Source: an uncultured Bacteroidota bacterium
GTDB lineage: Bacteria > Bacteroidota > Ignavibacteria > UBA10030 > UBA6906
NCBI GenBank assembly: GCA_963779225.1
Contig: CAVZWW010000003.1
Coordinates: 1,503,835 to 1,567,834, forward strand
Length of the DNA stretch: 64,000 bases
Reading direction: 5' to 3'
In this document: positions 15,807 through 25,463 of the stretch, in pieces
How the letters are laid out: each line of letters begins with the position of its first letter
How positions within the stretch are numbered: the first letter of the stretch is position 1
Translations under genes and position numbers: made by a program
The notes under the pieces: generated by a model
Told to the model about the DNA's origin: nothing
The model's input: only the letters and a program-made list of their open reading frames with translations
The model's database searches: none

Positions 15807-15881
15807 CATGACATCCACAGGGCGGGCAGATGCGGTTCTGCACCCCTGTCTGACCGGAGTATCGATGACTACAGGTGTCTT

Positions 15882-17366
15882 ATGAAAAGACGGTTCACGG
15901 TTCCGGTGCTCTTGTTTACGCTGCTGCTTGCTGTTGTGCACATTTCCTGCGAACGGCCAACAGATCCGCCAAACCCCAACGGCCCGCCTCAAACGAAGCT
16001 GGCAAATGTCCCCAAGGAGTTTGACACCGTCTTTGCCCTGGTGAACATGAGCTGGAGCGGCGGAGACAATGACGGGTTTATCACGAACTACCAGTACCGG
16101 TACTTCACCTACCATCTTATGCCCGGGTCGAGCACGGAATGGGTGCTCTTCGATTCCACGGCCTGGAAGGACACCGTCGGGACAGGAGTGCTGCTTGCCT
16201 TCAATTCCACCGAAGCCCTCAACAAGCAACTTTTCTTTGTGCGTGCGGTGGATAATGACGGCAACCCTGATCCAACGCCGGCGGTGAAGGTTCTCTACAC
16301 GGTGAGAACGGTCTCGCCGATCACGAGGATCCTATCCCCGACGAACAATGGCAGCGTTCTCGTGAGTACGACCGTCACCGACTGGTGGAATGGCGTGCTG
16401 GTTATTTTCAAGGCCACGGATCCCACGGGTCTTGCCCAGATTGTGGAATATGCATGGGCGGTGGACGACGGCCCGTGGACCTGGCAGAAGGATACGTCGG
16501 TGTTCATCACTCCGGAGAAATTCGCGGCGCCACTCAACGGCATACACGAAGTGAAGGTGATTTCGCGCAATAACACCAACCTGATAGATCCCGTGGGCGA
16601 TTCGATCAGTATTAATCTGATTATTCCTCCGTTCAACAAGGGCATCCTGATCATCGACGAAACTGATGAATTCAACAATCCCTTTATCACCCTGGGGATC
16701 CCCGATTCGGTGACCGATGCATTCTACGCCCAGGTGTTCCCCGGCTCCGCGAGCTGGGATTTCAAAACTCAGGGGATGCCTCCCCGCGAAGTCATGGCGC
16801 AGTACAGGCTTGTGGTCTGGCATGCCGATGATGTCCCCACCAGCCGCCCCCACAAAATTTCCGATCCGGCGAACATCGAAGTGTTCACCGACTACCTGAA
16901 GGTGGGGGGAAAATTTCTGATGAGCGGCTGGCGGATCCTGAAATCATTCGCCTACTACAACAACTTCCCCTTTACATTCTCTTCGGGATCGTTCGTGTAC
17001 GATTATCTGCATATCCGCATGGTCACCGAGACAGATATTCTGGGCGACATGTCGGGGGGGAAGGGAAAGACCGGTGTGTTCAGCAGCTTCAAGGTGGATT
17101 CCACGCGCCTGGCGTTTTTCCCGTACAACGGCCGGTTGTCGCAGGTGAATCTGATTATCACCATGGCGGGCTTTACGGATATCCTCTATTCCTATCAAAA
17201 CGACGACAGCAGTCCCAATGTCACCTACCGGGGACGTGCGGTTGCCCTGCGGTACTACGGCACGGTTTACGATGCCGTGGTACTCGGTTTTCCGATGTAT
17301 TTCATAGATGAGAACGATGCAAAGGTCATGGCAAAAGAAATTGTCCGGAGTCTGCATGTCGAGTGA
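15882..17366 (+). CDS. hypothetical secreted/lipoprotein (494 aa)
   Basis: The signal peptide ends in ISC. The protein is predicted beta-rich and no motif was recognised. It overlaps the next gene by 11 nt. Confidence 0.6.
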   Translation: MKRRFTVPVLLFTLLLAVVHISCERPTDPPNPNGPPQTKLANVPKEFDTVFALVNMSWSGGDNDGFITNYQYRYFTYHLMPGSSTEWVLFDSTAWKDTVGTGVLLAFNSTEALNKQLFFVRAVDNDGNPDPTPAVKVLYTVRTVSPITRILSPTNNGSVLVSTTVTDWWNGVLVIFKATDPTGLAQIVEYAWAVDDGPWTWQKDTSVFITPEKFAAPLNGIHEVKVISRNNTNLIDPVGDSISINLIIPPFNKGILIIDETDEFNNPFITLGIPDSVTDAFYAQVFPGSASWDFKTQGMPPREVMAQYRLVVWHADDVPTSRPHKISDPANIEVFTDYLKVGGKFLMSGWRILKSFAYYNNFPFTFSSGSFVYDYLHIRMVTETDILGDMSGGKGKTGVFSSFKVDSTRLAFFPYNGRLSQVNLIITMAGFTDILYSYQNDDSSPNVTYRGRAVALRYYGTVYDAVVLGFPMYFIDENDAKVMAKEIVRSLHVE

Positions 17367-20169
17367 GCATGCTGCACGATTGAGGCGTAGATCGCGAAGA
17401 CGCCTGCCGGCCCGCTGTGGTGCGGCCTTCCTGGCGTTTCTGCTCTGTCTCACGGCAGGGATGGCCCAGAATACCGGGAAGATCGCAGGGACGGTGAAAG
17501 ACAAAGCCAATGGAGAGCCTCTCGTCGGTGCAAACGTCGCCATTAAAGGGACGATCCTCGGTGCATCAACCGACATCGACGGGCACTTCTTCATCCTGCG
17601 TGTTCCTCCCGGCGTACACGATGTGCTGGTCACAAGCGTTGGCTATCAGGGCATAACCGTGAAGGGTGTGCGTGTGCAGGTGGATCTCACCGCGGAGGTC
17701 AGCATCAAGCTCGAGCAGACGAGCATCGAGGTTGAGGGAGTGACCGTTACCGCCGAACAGAAGATGGTGCAAAAAGATGTCACGTCGACACGCCGGACGG
17801 TGTCGCAGAGCACTATCCGTGCAACACCGGGTCTTGACGCGACGACGGACATCTTCAAATTGCAGGGCGGAACGGTACTCACCGCAGCCCCTCCGACACT
17901 CCGCCTTGCCGACGGAACACAGCTGCAGGTTCGTGACGAGAGCCTCCAGGATGTGCACATACGCGGCGGACGCGGCGGCGAAATCCTGTACATGGTGGAC
18001 GGTATGCCGATGACCCATCCGATCTACGGTGGACGGAGCGTCATGGATCTGAACCTGGTTGACGTGGAAAGCGTGGAGCTCCTGACCGGTGCTTTCAATG
18101 CCGAGTACGGCCAGGCGCAATCCGGTGTGGTCAATATTATCACAAGAAGCGGCGGCGAACAGTTCCACGGCGGCGTGGAGTACAAGACCGACCGTGCAGG
18201 CGTGTTTGGCGAATCGTATTTCACGGACTATACATCCCTGTATATCGGCGGGCCTGAACCGCTCACACAGGTTCTCCTCCCTGCCCTCGGTCTCGACCCC
18301 GGCCGCGGATTGACCTTCTTTCTTTCGGGCAATACAACGCTGACCAATACGCCCTATGACAACCACCGCACCCGTGGCGACCTTGATCTGCTTGCCTGGA
18401 CGTTTCCCGAACGGCAGGACAATGCGGTGAACCTGAACGCCAAACTGAACTGGGATATCAGCGGGGAACAAAAACTCGCCTTGAGTTACCATGGGTCCCG
18501 GAAACAGTGGAGCAGCTTCGACTGGTTGTGGATCAACTCGCCTGACAACACCGCCGACTACAAACGTACCAACTATGCATTGAACGCCTCGTTCAATCAG
18601 GTCCTCTCAAGAGCAACCTACTTCACATTGATGGCGGGATACCTTGACGTCGTGTACAAAGGTTCACTGAGAGGCCAAGCCCCCCCCGATTTTTGGCGGA
18701 CGGATAGTACCGGCCGGCTTATTCCCTTGTACAATTCCCCCACGATTGATCCCAGTACCGGCTTCTATGATGAGAGCGGTGTAGAGTCCATTTGGCGGGA
18801 TGACCACACCAAAACGTTTACATTTAAAGGCGATATGACGTCGCAAGTGCATCCGGCGCACATGATCAAGACCGGCCTGGAATTCTCCTATAACACACTC
18901 AGCTATATCGACATACAGGACGGCGGAACAAAACTGTCGAAATACGGCCAGGGAATCGATTCCGTGCCGCCACCCGGACCGTACCCGTTGTTCGGCCAGA
19001 ACCGCTGGGTTTTCGACGTCAAACCGACGATCGCTTCGGCGTATGTCCAGGACAAATTTGAACTGGAGTACCTTGTCCTCAACGCAGGTGTGCGCATCGA
19101 CTACTTCAACCTCGGGAAAACCGTGATGGAGAGCGGGTGGCAGACGGCGTGGGAGGCGGCGACTGGACTGCCGGCAGACTGGAAGCAACAGATCTTCAAA
19201 GTGAGTCCCCGTTTTGGGATCTCCTTCCCGATCTCCGAGAATACCGTCGTCTTCTTCTCTTACGGACACTTCAACCAGCTGCCTGAATTGCAGTATTACT
19301 ACCGTGATCCGTACAGCAGCACCTTTACAGGAAATCCGGGATTGGATTATGAGCAGACCATCCTGTATGAGTTTGGATTTACGCATCAGCTGACGGATTA
19401 CTGGGCCTTCGATATCAAGAGCTACGGAAAGGACATTTCCAAACAGATCGGAACCACGCGCGTGTACGGAACGGAGGGAACGCCGGTTGACCTGTACGAC
19501 AACAAGGGATACGGCCGTGCCCGGGGTCTCGAATTCGAGATAGTGAAAAATCCTTCGGACTTCATCGCCGGGCGGGCCACCTACACGATCCAATGGGCGA
19601 ACGGCTACTCATCGTCGGCGTTCGACGACTACGTACGATCGACCAACAACTTCCCTTATCCGATCCGCGAACGGGCGCTGGAATGGGATACACGTCACCA
19701 GGTGATCGTGCAGGCAAGCCTGGCGGCCGGGCTGCGTCAGTATCCGAATGTCTTTGGTTTTGAATTACCTGATGACTGGAACCTGACCATGCTCTACCGG
19801 TTCTCCACGGGGACGCCGTACACACCGGGCGAGGCCACGCTGAACCCGGTCGAACTGCAGAAGCAGGAAAACACAAGGTACGGGCCGTATACCAGCAGCG
19901 CTGATCTGAAATTCGAAAAGGGTTTCACTCTGGCCGGCGTTCGTCTGGCATTCACGGTGGACGTGTTCAACCTTTTTGACCAGCGGAACGTCCAGACCGT
20001 GCGGTCGGATATCGGGTTTAACCAGTGGACCGGAGAACCATACCGGTACGGAGACATCCAGGAGCCGCAGGATAACTTCTATGACTACTACACAATGGTC
20101 AGCATACGCGATCCCCGTGTGTTTTCCACCGGGCGGACAACAAAACTTGGTGTGAGGGTGGATTTCTAA
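17356..20169 (+). CDS. TonB-dependent outer-membrane receptor with an N-terminal carboxypeptidase-regulatory-like domain
   Basis: The signal peptide is followed by TGKIAGTVKDKANGEPLVGANVAIKG (a CarbopepD_reg-like domain), a plug domain and a long barrel that ends in the aromatic ...KLGVRVDF. No SusD-like gene follows. Confidence 0.85.
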   Translation: MSSEHAARLRRRSRRRLPARCGAAFLAFLLCLTAGMAQNTGKIAGTVKDKANGEPLVGANVAIKGTILGASTDIDGHFFILRVPPGVHDVLVTSVGYQGITVKGVRVQVDLTAEVSIKLEQTSIEVEGVTVTAEQKMVQKDVTSTRRTVSQSTIRATPGLDATTDIFKLQGGTVLTAAPPTLRLADGTQLQVRDESLQDVHIRGGRGGEILYMVDGMPMTHPIYGGRSVMDLNLVDVESVELLTGAFNAEYGQAQSGVVNIITRSGGEQFHGGVEYKTDRAGVFGESYFTDYTSLYIGGPEPLTQVLLPALGLDPGRGLTFFLSGNTTLTNTPYDNHRTRGDLDLLAWTFPERQDNAVNLNAKLNWDISGEQKLALSYHGSRKQWSSFDWLWINSPDNTADYKRTNYALNASFNQVLSRATYFTLMAGYLDVVYKGSLRGQAPPDFWRTDSTGRLIPLYNSPTIDPSTGFYDESGVESIWRDDHTKTFTFKGDMTSQVHPAHMIKTGLEFSYNTLSYIDIQDGGTKLSKYGQGIDSVPPPGPYPLFGQNRWVFDVKPTIASAYVQDKFELEYLVLNAGVRIDYFNLGKTVMESGWQTAWEAATGLPADWKQQIFKVSPRFGISFPISENTVVFFSYGHFNQLPELQYYYRDPYSSTFTGNPGLDYEQTILYEFGFTHQLTDYWAFDIKSYGKDISKQIGTTRVYGTEGTPVDLYDNKGYGRARGLEFEIVKNPSDFIAGRATYTIQWANGYSSSAFDDYVRSTNNFPYPIRERALEWDTRHQVIVQASLAAGLRQYPNVFGFELPDDWNLTMLYRFSTGTPYTPGEATLNPVELQKQENTRYGPYTSSADLKFEKGFTLAGVRLAFTVDVFNLFDQRNVQTVRSDIGFNQWTGEPYRYGDIQEPQDNFYDYYTMVSIRDPRVFSTGRTTKLGVRVDF

Positions 20170-20186
20170 GCAGAAAGAGAACTCTT

Positions 20187-21956
20187 ATGCGTGTGTGGAA
20201 GAGAGTCGTGTTGCTGTCCTGTTCCGTCCAGCTGCTTGCCGCCGGCATGGCGAGCGCACAATCGACGAAACTGGATTGGGCGATGACCACCACAGGCAAG
20301 ATGCGGCAGGTGATCACCAACATGGGGACATTCGACAAAGGACGCACGAATTATCCCGGCCTCATAAACGCCGAATTCCCGGCCGGGAGCGACGAGGAAC
20401 ATCTCTTCCAGGGGGGCATCTGGGTCGGCGGCATCACGCCGACGGGCGACACTCTGGTCTCTCAGTCGGAAGCGCACTTCACCGCGCATGAATTCTATCC
20501 ATCTGCCAACGCTTGGGACACCATATGGACGGGGTCGAAGGGGGACACGCTGGACATCCCCTACTGGCCCGGCTATGAATGCATTTCCGACCAGGATTTC
20601 GTCTGCCGCTATAGTGACTACAACCTGTTGAATATCGACAATCATACACCGTTGTATCTTGACGTCGTGCAAACGACATACTCGTGGAGCTCGGCGGGGT
20701 TGGACGAATTTCTGCTGTATAAGTACTACATCGTCCCCAAGAAGTTCCCCATCAAGAACATGTATATCGGGTTCTGGATGCACAGCGCGATCGGGAATGT
20801 CGGGGCGACCGACAACTTCATCGACGAATTTACGCGCTACTTTCCGCAGTACCACCTGGCGATGGCTGAGGACTCCAAGGGCGGGAGCGACGGCCAGGCG
20901 ATCAGCCCCATAGGGTTCAGCGTCCTCGCTCCCACGACAAATGTCGCCAGCTGGAGCTTTAACTATTACGAACATGAGGAACTTCCGAGTAGGGATCCGG
21001 CGTGCTACACTGTCATGGCGAGCGGCAACATCATGCCGGACCGGCTTGAACGCGCACGTGCCCATATCATCTATGCGTTTGGTCCATTTCAGGCCGAAGT
21101 CGGCGACACGATCGTCGTCGAGATGGGTGAGATTTTCGGTCTTGGTGTAGCCGGTGCGTTGAACAACGCCGAATACTTGCAGTTCCTCAAGAGCAAGAAT
21201 TTCCGCGTTCCTGCACCACCCCCGAAGCCCGCACTTCGTGTGACCACCAGCAGTCACGAGGTGAGCCTGGACTGGACCCCGCTACCCGGCGGGGTAAATC
21301 CGGAAACGTACACAGACGCGAACCGCGGGGATACAGTAAAATACCCCTTCGAAGGGTATCGTCTGTACCGGAGCACCAAGGGGAGCGACGGCCCATGGAC
21401 CCTCCTTGCGGAGTACGACATTCTCAACGACATCGGCTACAACACCGGTCTCCAGTATACGTATAGGGATGCGGGTTTGCTGAACAACGTGGAGTACTAC
21501 TATACGCTGACGTCGTTTTCACAACCCGACAAGGTGATCAAATTCGCCTCGCAGGAGACCGGACTCTCTGCGAACGCAAAAGTCATCGTCCCGGGAACAG
21601 TCCCTCCTCAAACGGTGGGGGAGGTGGCGGCTGTGCCCAATCCTTACCGGGGGGATCTCCCTTACAGCTCGTACAATCCCCCCTGGGAACGGCCGCAGGG
21701 AAACCGTCCGTGGTGGATGGAACAGGACCGTCGTATACAATTCATCAATCTGCCGGCCCAGTGCCAGATCAAGATCTTCACGCTCGCCGGAGATCTCGTA
21801 AACACGCTCGAGCATGCAGATCCGAACAAAGGATATGAAGACTGGAATCTGACCTCCTCGATCGGTCAGGCGATTGCCAGCGGCATCTACCTTTTTACGG
21901 TTGAAGACCGCGTAAATGGGAATGTGCAGGTGGGGAAATTCGTCATCATAAAGTAG
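20187..21956 (+). CDS. secreted protein with a fibronectin-III-like domain and a variant T9SS C-terminal sorting domain
   Basis: The signal peptide ends in AAGMASAQ. An FN3-like segment (EVSLDWTPLP...YRLYRS) is present. The C-terminal approximately 80 aa (...IQFINLPAQCQIKIFTLAGDLV...ASGIYLFTV...GKFVIIK) is T9SS-sorting-domain-like. Confidence 0.65.
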   Translation: MRVWKRVVLLSCSVQLLAAGMASAQSTKLDWAMTTTGKMRQVITNMGTFDKGRTNYPGLINAEFPAGSDEEHLFQGGIWVGGITPTGDTLVSQSEAHFTAHEFYPSANAWDTIWTGSKGDTLDIPYWPGYECISDQDFVCRYSDYNLLNIDNHTPLYLDVVQTTYSWSSAGLDEFLLYKYYIVPKKFPIKNMYIGFWMHSAIGNVGATDNFIDEFTRYFPQYHLAMAEDSKGGSDGQAISPIGFSVLAPTTNVASWSFNYYEHEELPSRDPACYTVMASGNIMPDRLERARAHIIYAFGPFQAEVGDTIVVEMGEIFGLGVAGALNNAEYLQFLKSKNFRVPAPPPKPALRVTTSSHEVSLDWTPLPGGVNPETYTDANRGDTVKYPFEGYRLYRSTKGSDGPWTLLAEYDILNDIGYNTGLQYTYRDAGLLNNVEYYYTLTSFSQPDKVIKFASQETGLSANAKVIVPGTVPPQTVGEVAAVPNPYRGDLPYSSYNPPWERPQGNRPWWMEQDRRIQFINLPAQCQIKIFTLAGDLVNTLEHADPNKGYEDWNLTSSIGQAIASGIYLFTVEDRVNGNVQVGKFVIIK

Positions 21957-21988
21957 TCCAGCCTTTGCGCACTTGAAGGTGAAGAGCA

Positions 21989-22909
21989 ATGAAACGGACG
22001 TGGATAGCTCTGCTGGTGCTGGTGCCCGGACTTCTGTTCGGGCAGTATAACCGTCCAGGCAGCACAGACGCGCAATTCCTGAAAATCGGGGTCAGCGCGC
22101 GCGGAGCGGGGATGAGCGATGCCTACATCGCCGTCGTGGACGGGGCGGATGCCACGTACTACAATCCGGCAGCCTTGCCCTGGCTTAAGAAAACCGATGT
22201 GGTCTTCAACCATACGTCCTGGTTTGCAGGGATCAACCATGAATTTGTCGCCGCTGCCTACAACTTCGAGGATCTCGGCGCATTCGGCATGTCCGTGACT
22301 GCACTCAGTACCGACGAAATGAAAGTCCGTACTCCCCTCCAGCCGGAAGGTACCGGCGAGACCTTTTACTCGGCGAACTACCGGTTCGGACTGAGCTATG
22401 CCCGCTTCCTGACCGACCGGGTAACCTTCGGCCTGACGGTGAGCTATATCAACATGAAGCTCTACCAGGAATTTTCAGCTCATGCGTTTTCCCTCAACAT
22501 CGCGGTGATGTATCTCTCCGACTTCCGGGGCTTCCGGTTCGCCCTCGAGATAGCGGATTTCGGGTCAAGCATTCAATATGTCAACGAGTCGTACCCTCTC
22601 CCGACAAATTTCAAGTTCGGCCTGGGGATGAATGCCATCGATGGGGACAATCAGAAACTGCTGGTGAGTTTCTCGGCCATCAAACCGAACGAGGGCGAAC
22701 CACAAGCGCAGGCGGGCATGGAATGGAATTTCATGAACACGTTCTTCGTCCGCGGAGGATACAGATTCAATTACTCGGCAGCCACCTATTCTCTCGGCGG
22801 CGGTGTTGCCTTCGATCTCGCCGGGATTGGCATGCGGGCGGACTATGCATTCAATAATTACACCACTCTTGGAGGCAGTCACCGGTTCGGCCTCGGTCTG
22901 TCGTTCTGA
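21989..22909 (+). CDS. PorV/PorQ-family outer-membrane beta-barrel protein
   Basis: A signal peptide is followed by GVSARGAGMSDAYIAVVDGADATYYNPAAL, which matches the conserved PorV/PorQ N-terminal motif. The sequence has alternating beta-strand character and ends ...GLSF. Confidence 0.6.
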   Translation: MKRTWIALLVLVPGLLFGQYNRPGSTDAQFLKIGVSARGAGMSDAYIAVVDGADATYYNPAALPWLKKTDVVFNHTSWFAGINHEFVAAAYNFEDLGAFGMSVTALSTDEMKVRTPLQPEGTGETFYSANYRFGLSYARFLTDRVTFGLTVSYINMKLYQEFSAHAFSLNIAVMYLSDFRGFRFALEIADFGSSIQYVNESYPLPTNFKFGLGMNAIDGDNQKLLVSFSAIKPNEGEPQAQAGMEWNFMNTFFVRGGYRFNYSAATYSLGGGVAFDLAGIGMRADYAFNNYTTLGGSHRFGLGLSF

Positions 22910-22955
22910 TGGTGCGCGTCCTCGGCCGCCTCATATAACTACGGTGCGGCCCCGC

Positions 22956-25316
22956 ATGCATACTCCTCGTACGTATCACCTCTCCCCCACCCGGGCTGTG
23001 CGATTGCTGTTGTGCAGTCGGCTTTCCTGCGTGGCGGTCTTCATGGTCATGCTTCTTCTGGCTTCCCTCTGTCCCTCCCAGGTGACGTTCGCCCGGCGGG
23101 ACACCACATATACCCTTGCTCTCCCCGATGCGTTCCCGGCCGACAACTACACGCCGCACGGGTACATCGACAATCCGTTTCACAGCATGGTCAACAACCG
23201 GAGCGGTGTGATCCGTTCATATCCTCCCCTGGGATTCGGCTGGTGGAGGGCGGATGCCAATCCTGGAGCATACGGGGAGGGGAGCCGGGATCATGTGAAT
23301 TATCTCTCCATCCTGGAACTGGGGGTTTCCGTCGGGGACAGTGTATTTCTGACAACCGGGGATTTTGAACGCCACGGCGTGGAACTCGCCTCCGCGTACC
23401 ATACAAAACATCTGGTCAGTTACGACTGGCAAAGCGGGCCCGTCACCGTTCACCTGCGCTTCTTCCTGCCCTTCGAGAATTCCCTTGTGTGCCAGGTGGA
23501 GCTGCTCAATGCAGGGGGAACCGGTGTGCAGGTGCGGCTGGATGCGGCGGCGATCACGAAGATCGGGTCTGAAAAGTGGTGGGGAAGCGACGGGATAACG
23601 GCGCGCTACCTGCCGGACGACGGAGTCAGTGTGAGCAAAATCTGGGCCTATGGCGACGTCTTCGCTCTGGGGGCGTCACACGCACCCATTGCCCACATGA
23701 GCACGGTGAAGGAGGAAGAGTGGGAGCAATGGATCCGCCGGAAGGACACCGTCTCCGTCTCCTCCATGGCGGTGATGGGGCCAGGTCCGTGCTGGACCGC
23801 CCACGCGTACCGGGTACGTGTTCCCGCGAACGGCCGCACTACGGCACTGGTCTCTCTCAGCCGCGGAAAAAACGAGCACGCTGTCCGGGCTGAACTCGCA
23901 CGCGCGCTTCGGGACGCGATTCCGATGGCACAGGGTCAACTGGCGAAGGACAGGGTGTTCTGGTCGTTCTGTCCTACGCTTTCCGGCGATTGGCCTCCGG
24001 CATGGAGAAGGGGATGGGTGTACGACTTCGAAACGCTCCGCATGAATGTCCGGCCCCCGGTTGGCATCTTTACACACCCCTGGGACGGTATGCAGGTACA
24101 TTCGCCGCGCGTGGTTCTCGGTGAAACCTGCCTGGATATGATGGCCCTCTCATATGCCGATCCTGTTCTCGCACGTGAAGTGGTGGAGGGGACATTCGCC
24201 GATGCGCTCGCGCCGAATATTCCCTGCTCCCGTGAAGATGGGAGCGTCAACATGATCTCCTCCGACGGCTCGGAATGCGGCACCGCGCCGATGTGGGGAT
24301 TTCCGTTTCGCGTCATCCGGTCGCTCTTTCTCGCTTCGGGAGACTCCGCCTGGATCGTGCGGCTGTATCCACACCTGAAAGCCTATGCTCTCTGGTGGCT
24401 GAAGAACAGAACCGATACCGAAGGATGGCTGCACTGTAACAACAGCTGGGAATCCGGTCAGGACGGGTCAAGAAGGTTTCTGGTCGCCGAAAAGAACGAA
24501 GGCGCCGTCGCGGATTTTGTCCGCACGGTGGACGTGGAGGCGAGCATGGCGGAGGCGCTTGGCATACTCGGCGAGTTTGCCCGCTTTGTTCCGGGTCCGG
24601 ACGAAACGGCGATGTGGAAGGAGCTTGCCGAACGGAGAATACGGAACACGCAATCGATGTTTTTCGAAGGAGGGTTCCGTGACGTTGACGGTCGGTCAGG
24701 GACCCCGATTATCCTCAACGGTCACAACGATGTAATGATGCTGGCCCCGCTGGTCTGCGGTGTCGCGACCCCCGACCAGCAGCGGGCCGTGAAACCGATG
24801 TTCCGGTATTTTCTGGACAACCCGCGCTCCGCCCTGGAGTGGCCGCCGCTCCTCTATACGTATGCGGAGGCCGCCTGGAACGCCGGAGAACGAGAGGCCG
24901 CATCGACAGCGGTTGCTGCTACGGCCGCGCGGGTCTACAGGCGTATTGATGCACGCACAGCTACCGGCGGTAGAGACCGGGATCAATTCTCGTACAGGGT
25001 TCCCGGTGTGGCAAACGAGTTCTGGCCACTGGGCAATACTCCGCCCGGCGGAGAAAATTACGGATGGGGCGCTACCCTCCCCGCACACATCATCCGGAAC
25101 ATCGTGGGATTCAGGGAACAGGAAGGCAGCGGCAATAGTGCTGATGCATTCGTCATCGCCCCCTGCCTTTCTCCAGATCTTTTCCACCCGGAAAGACCTA
25201 CGGCATCAGGAACCTTCACTACCGCGATCTCACGTTTGATCTTGATGTCACATGCCGCGAATCCTCCGGCCTGCAGACGGTTTTCCGCTATCGTTCACCG
25301 CAACCCGTTGCTGTGA
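22956..25316 (+). CDS. secreted (alpha/alpha)6-barrel glycoside hydrolase, GH63/GH37-like (clan GH-G); paralog 1
   Basis: WESGQDGSRRF matches the GH63/GH37 ESG-x-D-x-S-xRW catalytic-region motif. It is paralogous to the proteins at 25464-28193 and 33013-35160 (shared NRTDTEGWLHC versus NRDTDGDGLCEW). The start was moved from 22803 to the ATG at 22956 so that it follows the PorV-like stop. The C-terminal approximately 60 aa extend beyond the paralogs and may hide a frameshift. Confidence 0.6.
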   Translation: MHTPRTYHLSPTRAVRLLLCSRLSCVAVFMVMLLLASLCPSQVTFARRDTTYTLALPDAFPADNYTPHGYIDNPFHSMVNNRSGVIRSYPPLGFGWWRADANPGAYGEGSRDHVNYLSILELGVSVGDSVFLTTGDFERHGVELASAYHTKHLVSYDWQSGPVTVHLRFFLPFENSLVCQVELLNAGGTGVQVRLDAAAITKIGSEKWWGSDGITARYLPDDGVSVSKIWAYGDVFALGASHAPIAHMSTVKEEEWEQWIRRKDTVSVSSMAVMGPGPCWTAHAYRVRVPANGRTTALVSLSRGKNEHAVRAELARALRDAIPMAQGQLAKDRVFWSFCPTLSGDWPPAWRRGWVYDFETLRMNVRPPVGIFTHPWDGMQVHSPRVVLGETCLDMMALSYADPVLAREVVEGTFADALAPNIPCSREDGSVNMISSDGSECGTAPMWGFPFRVIRSLFLASGDSAWIVRLYPHLKAYALWWLKNRTDTEGWLHCNNSWESGQDGSRRFLVAEKNEGAVADFVRTVDVEASMAEALGILGEFARFVPGPDETAMWKELAERRIRNTQSMFFEGGFRDVDGRSGTPIILNGHNDVMMLAPLVCGVATPDQQRAVKPMFRYFLDNPRSALEWPPLLYTYAEAAWNAGEREAASTAVAATAARVYRRIDARTATGGRDRDQFSYRVPGVANEFWPLGNTPPGGENYGWGATLPAHIIRNIVGFREQEGSGNSADAFVIAPCLSPDLFHPERPTASGTFTTAISRLILMSHAANPPACRRFSAIVHRNPLL

Positions 25317-25463
25317 CGGCTCTGGAACAGGACGGGAAAATCCGGGTCGCTGCAACTGCGGCAAGCCAGGCGGGTGTCCTGACCCTCCGGGGACGAAATG
25401 CGACCGTTTACCGCTTCCGGCTTTCTTCCCTGCACAGTGCTCCTTGAGAAAGGTGACAGAACC

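Noticed and set aside
15354-21257. Several 290-363-aa minus-strand ORFs (15354-16229, 18664-19593, 20166-21257) overlapping the lipoprotein, TBDR and FN3 genes
   Set aside because: They are antisense to genes with clear TonB-dependent-receptor and T9SS signatures and have low-complexity Arg-rich translations.
22803-22955. Upstream extension of the GH63-like paralog 1 ORF
   Set aside because: It overlaps the 3' end of the PorV-like gene. The ATG at 22956 gives a plausible signal peptide immediately after that gene.
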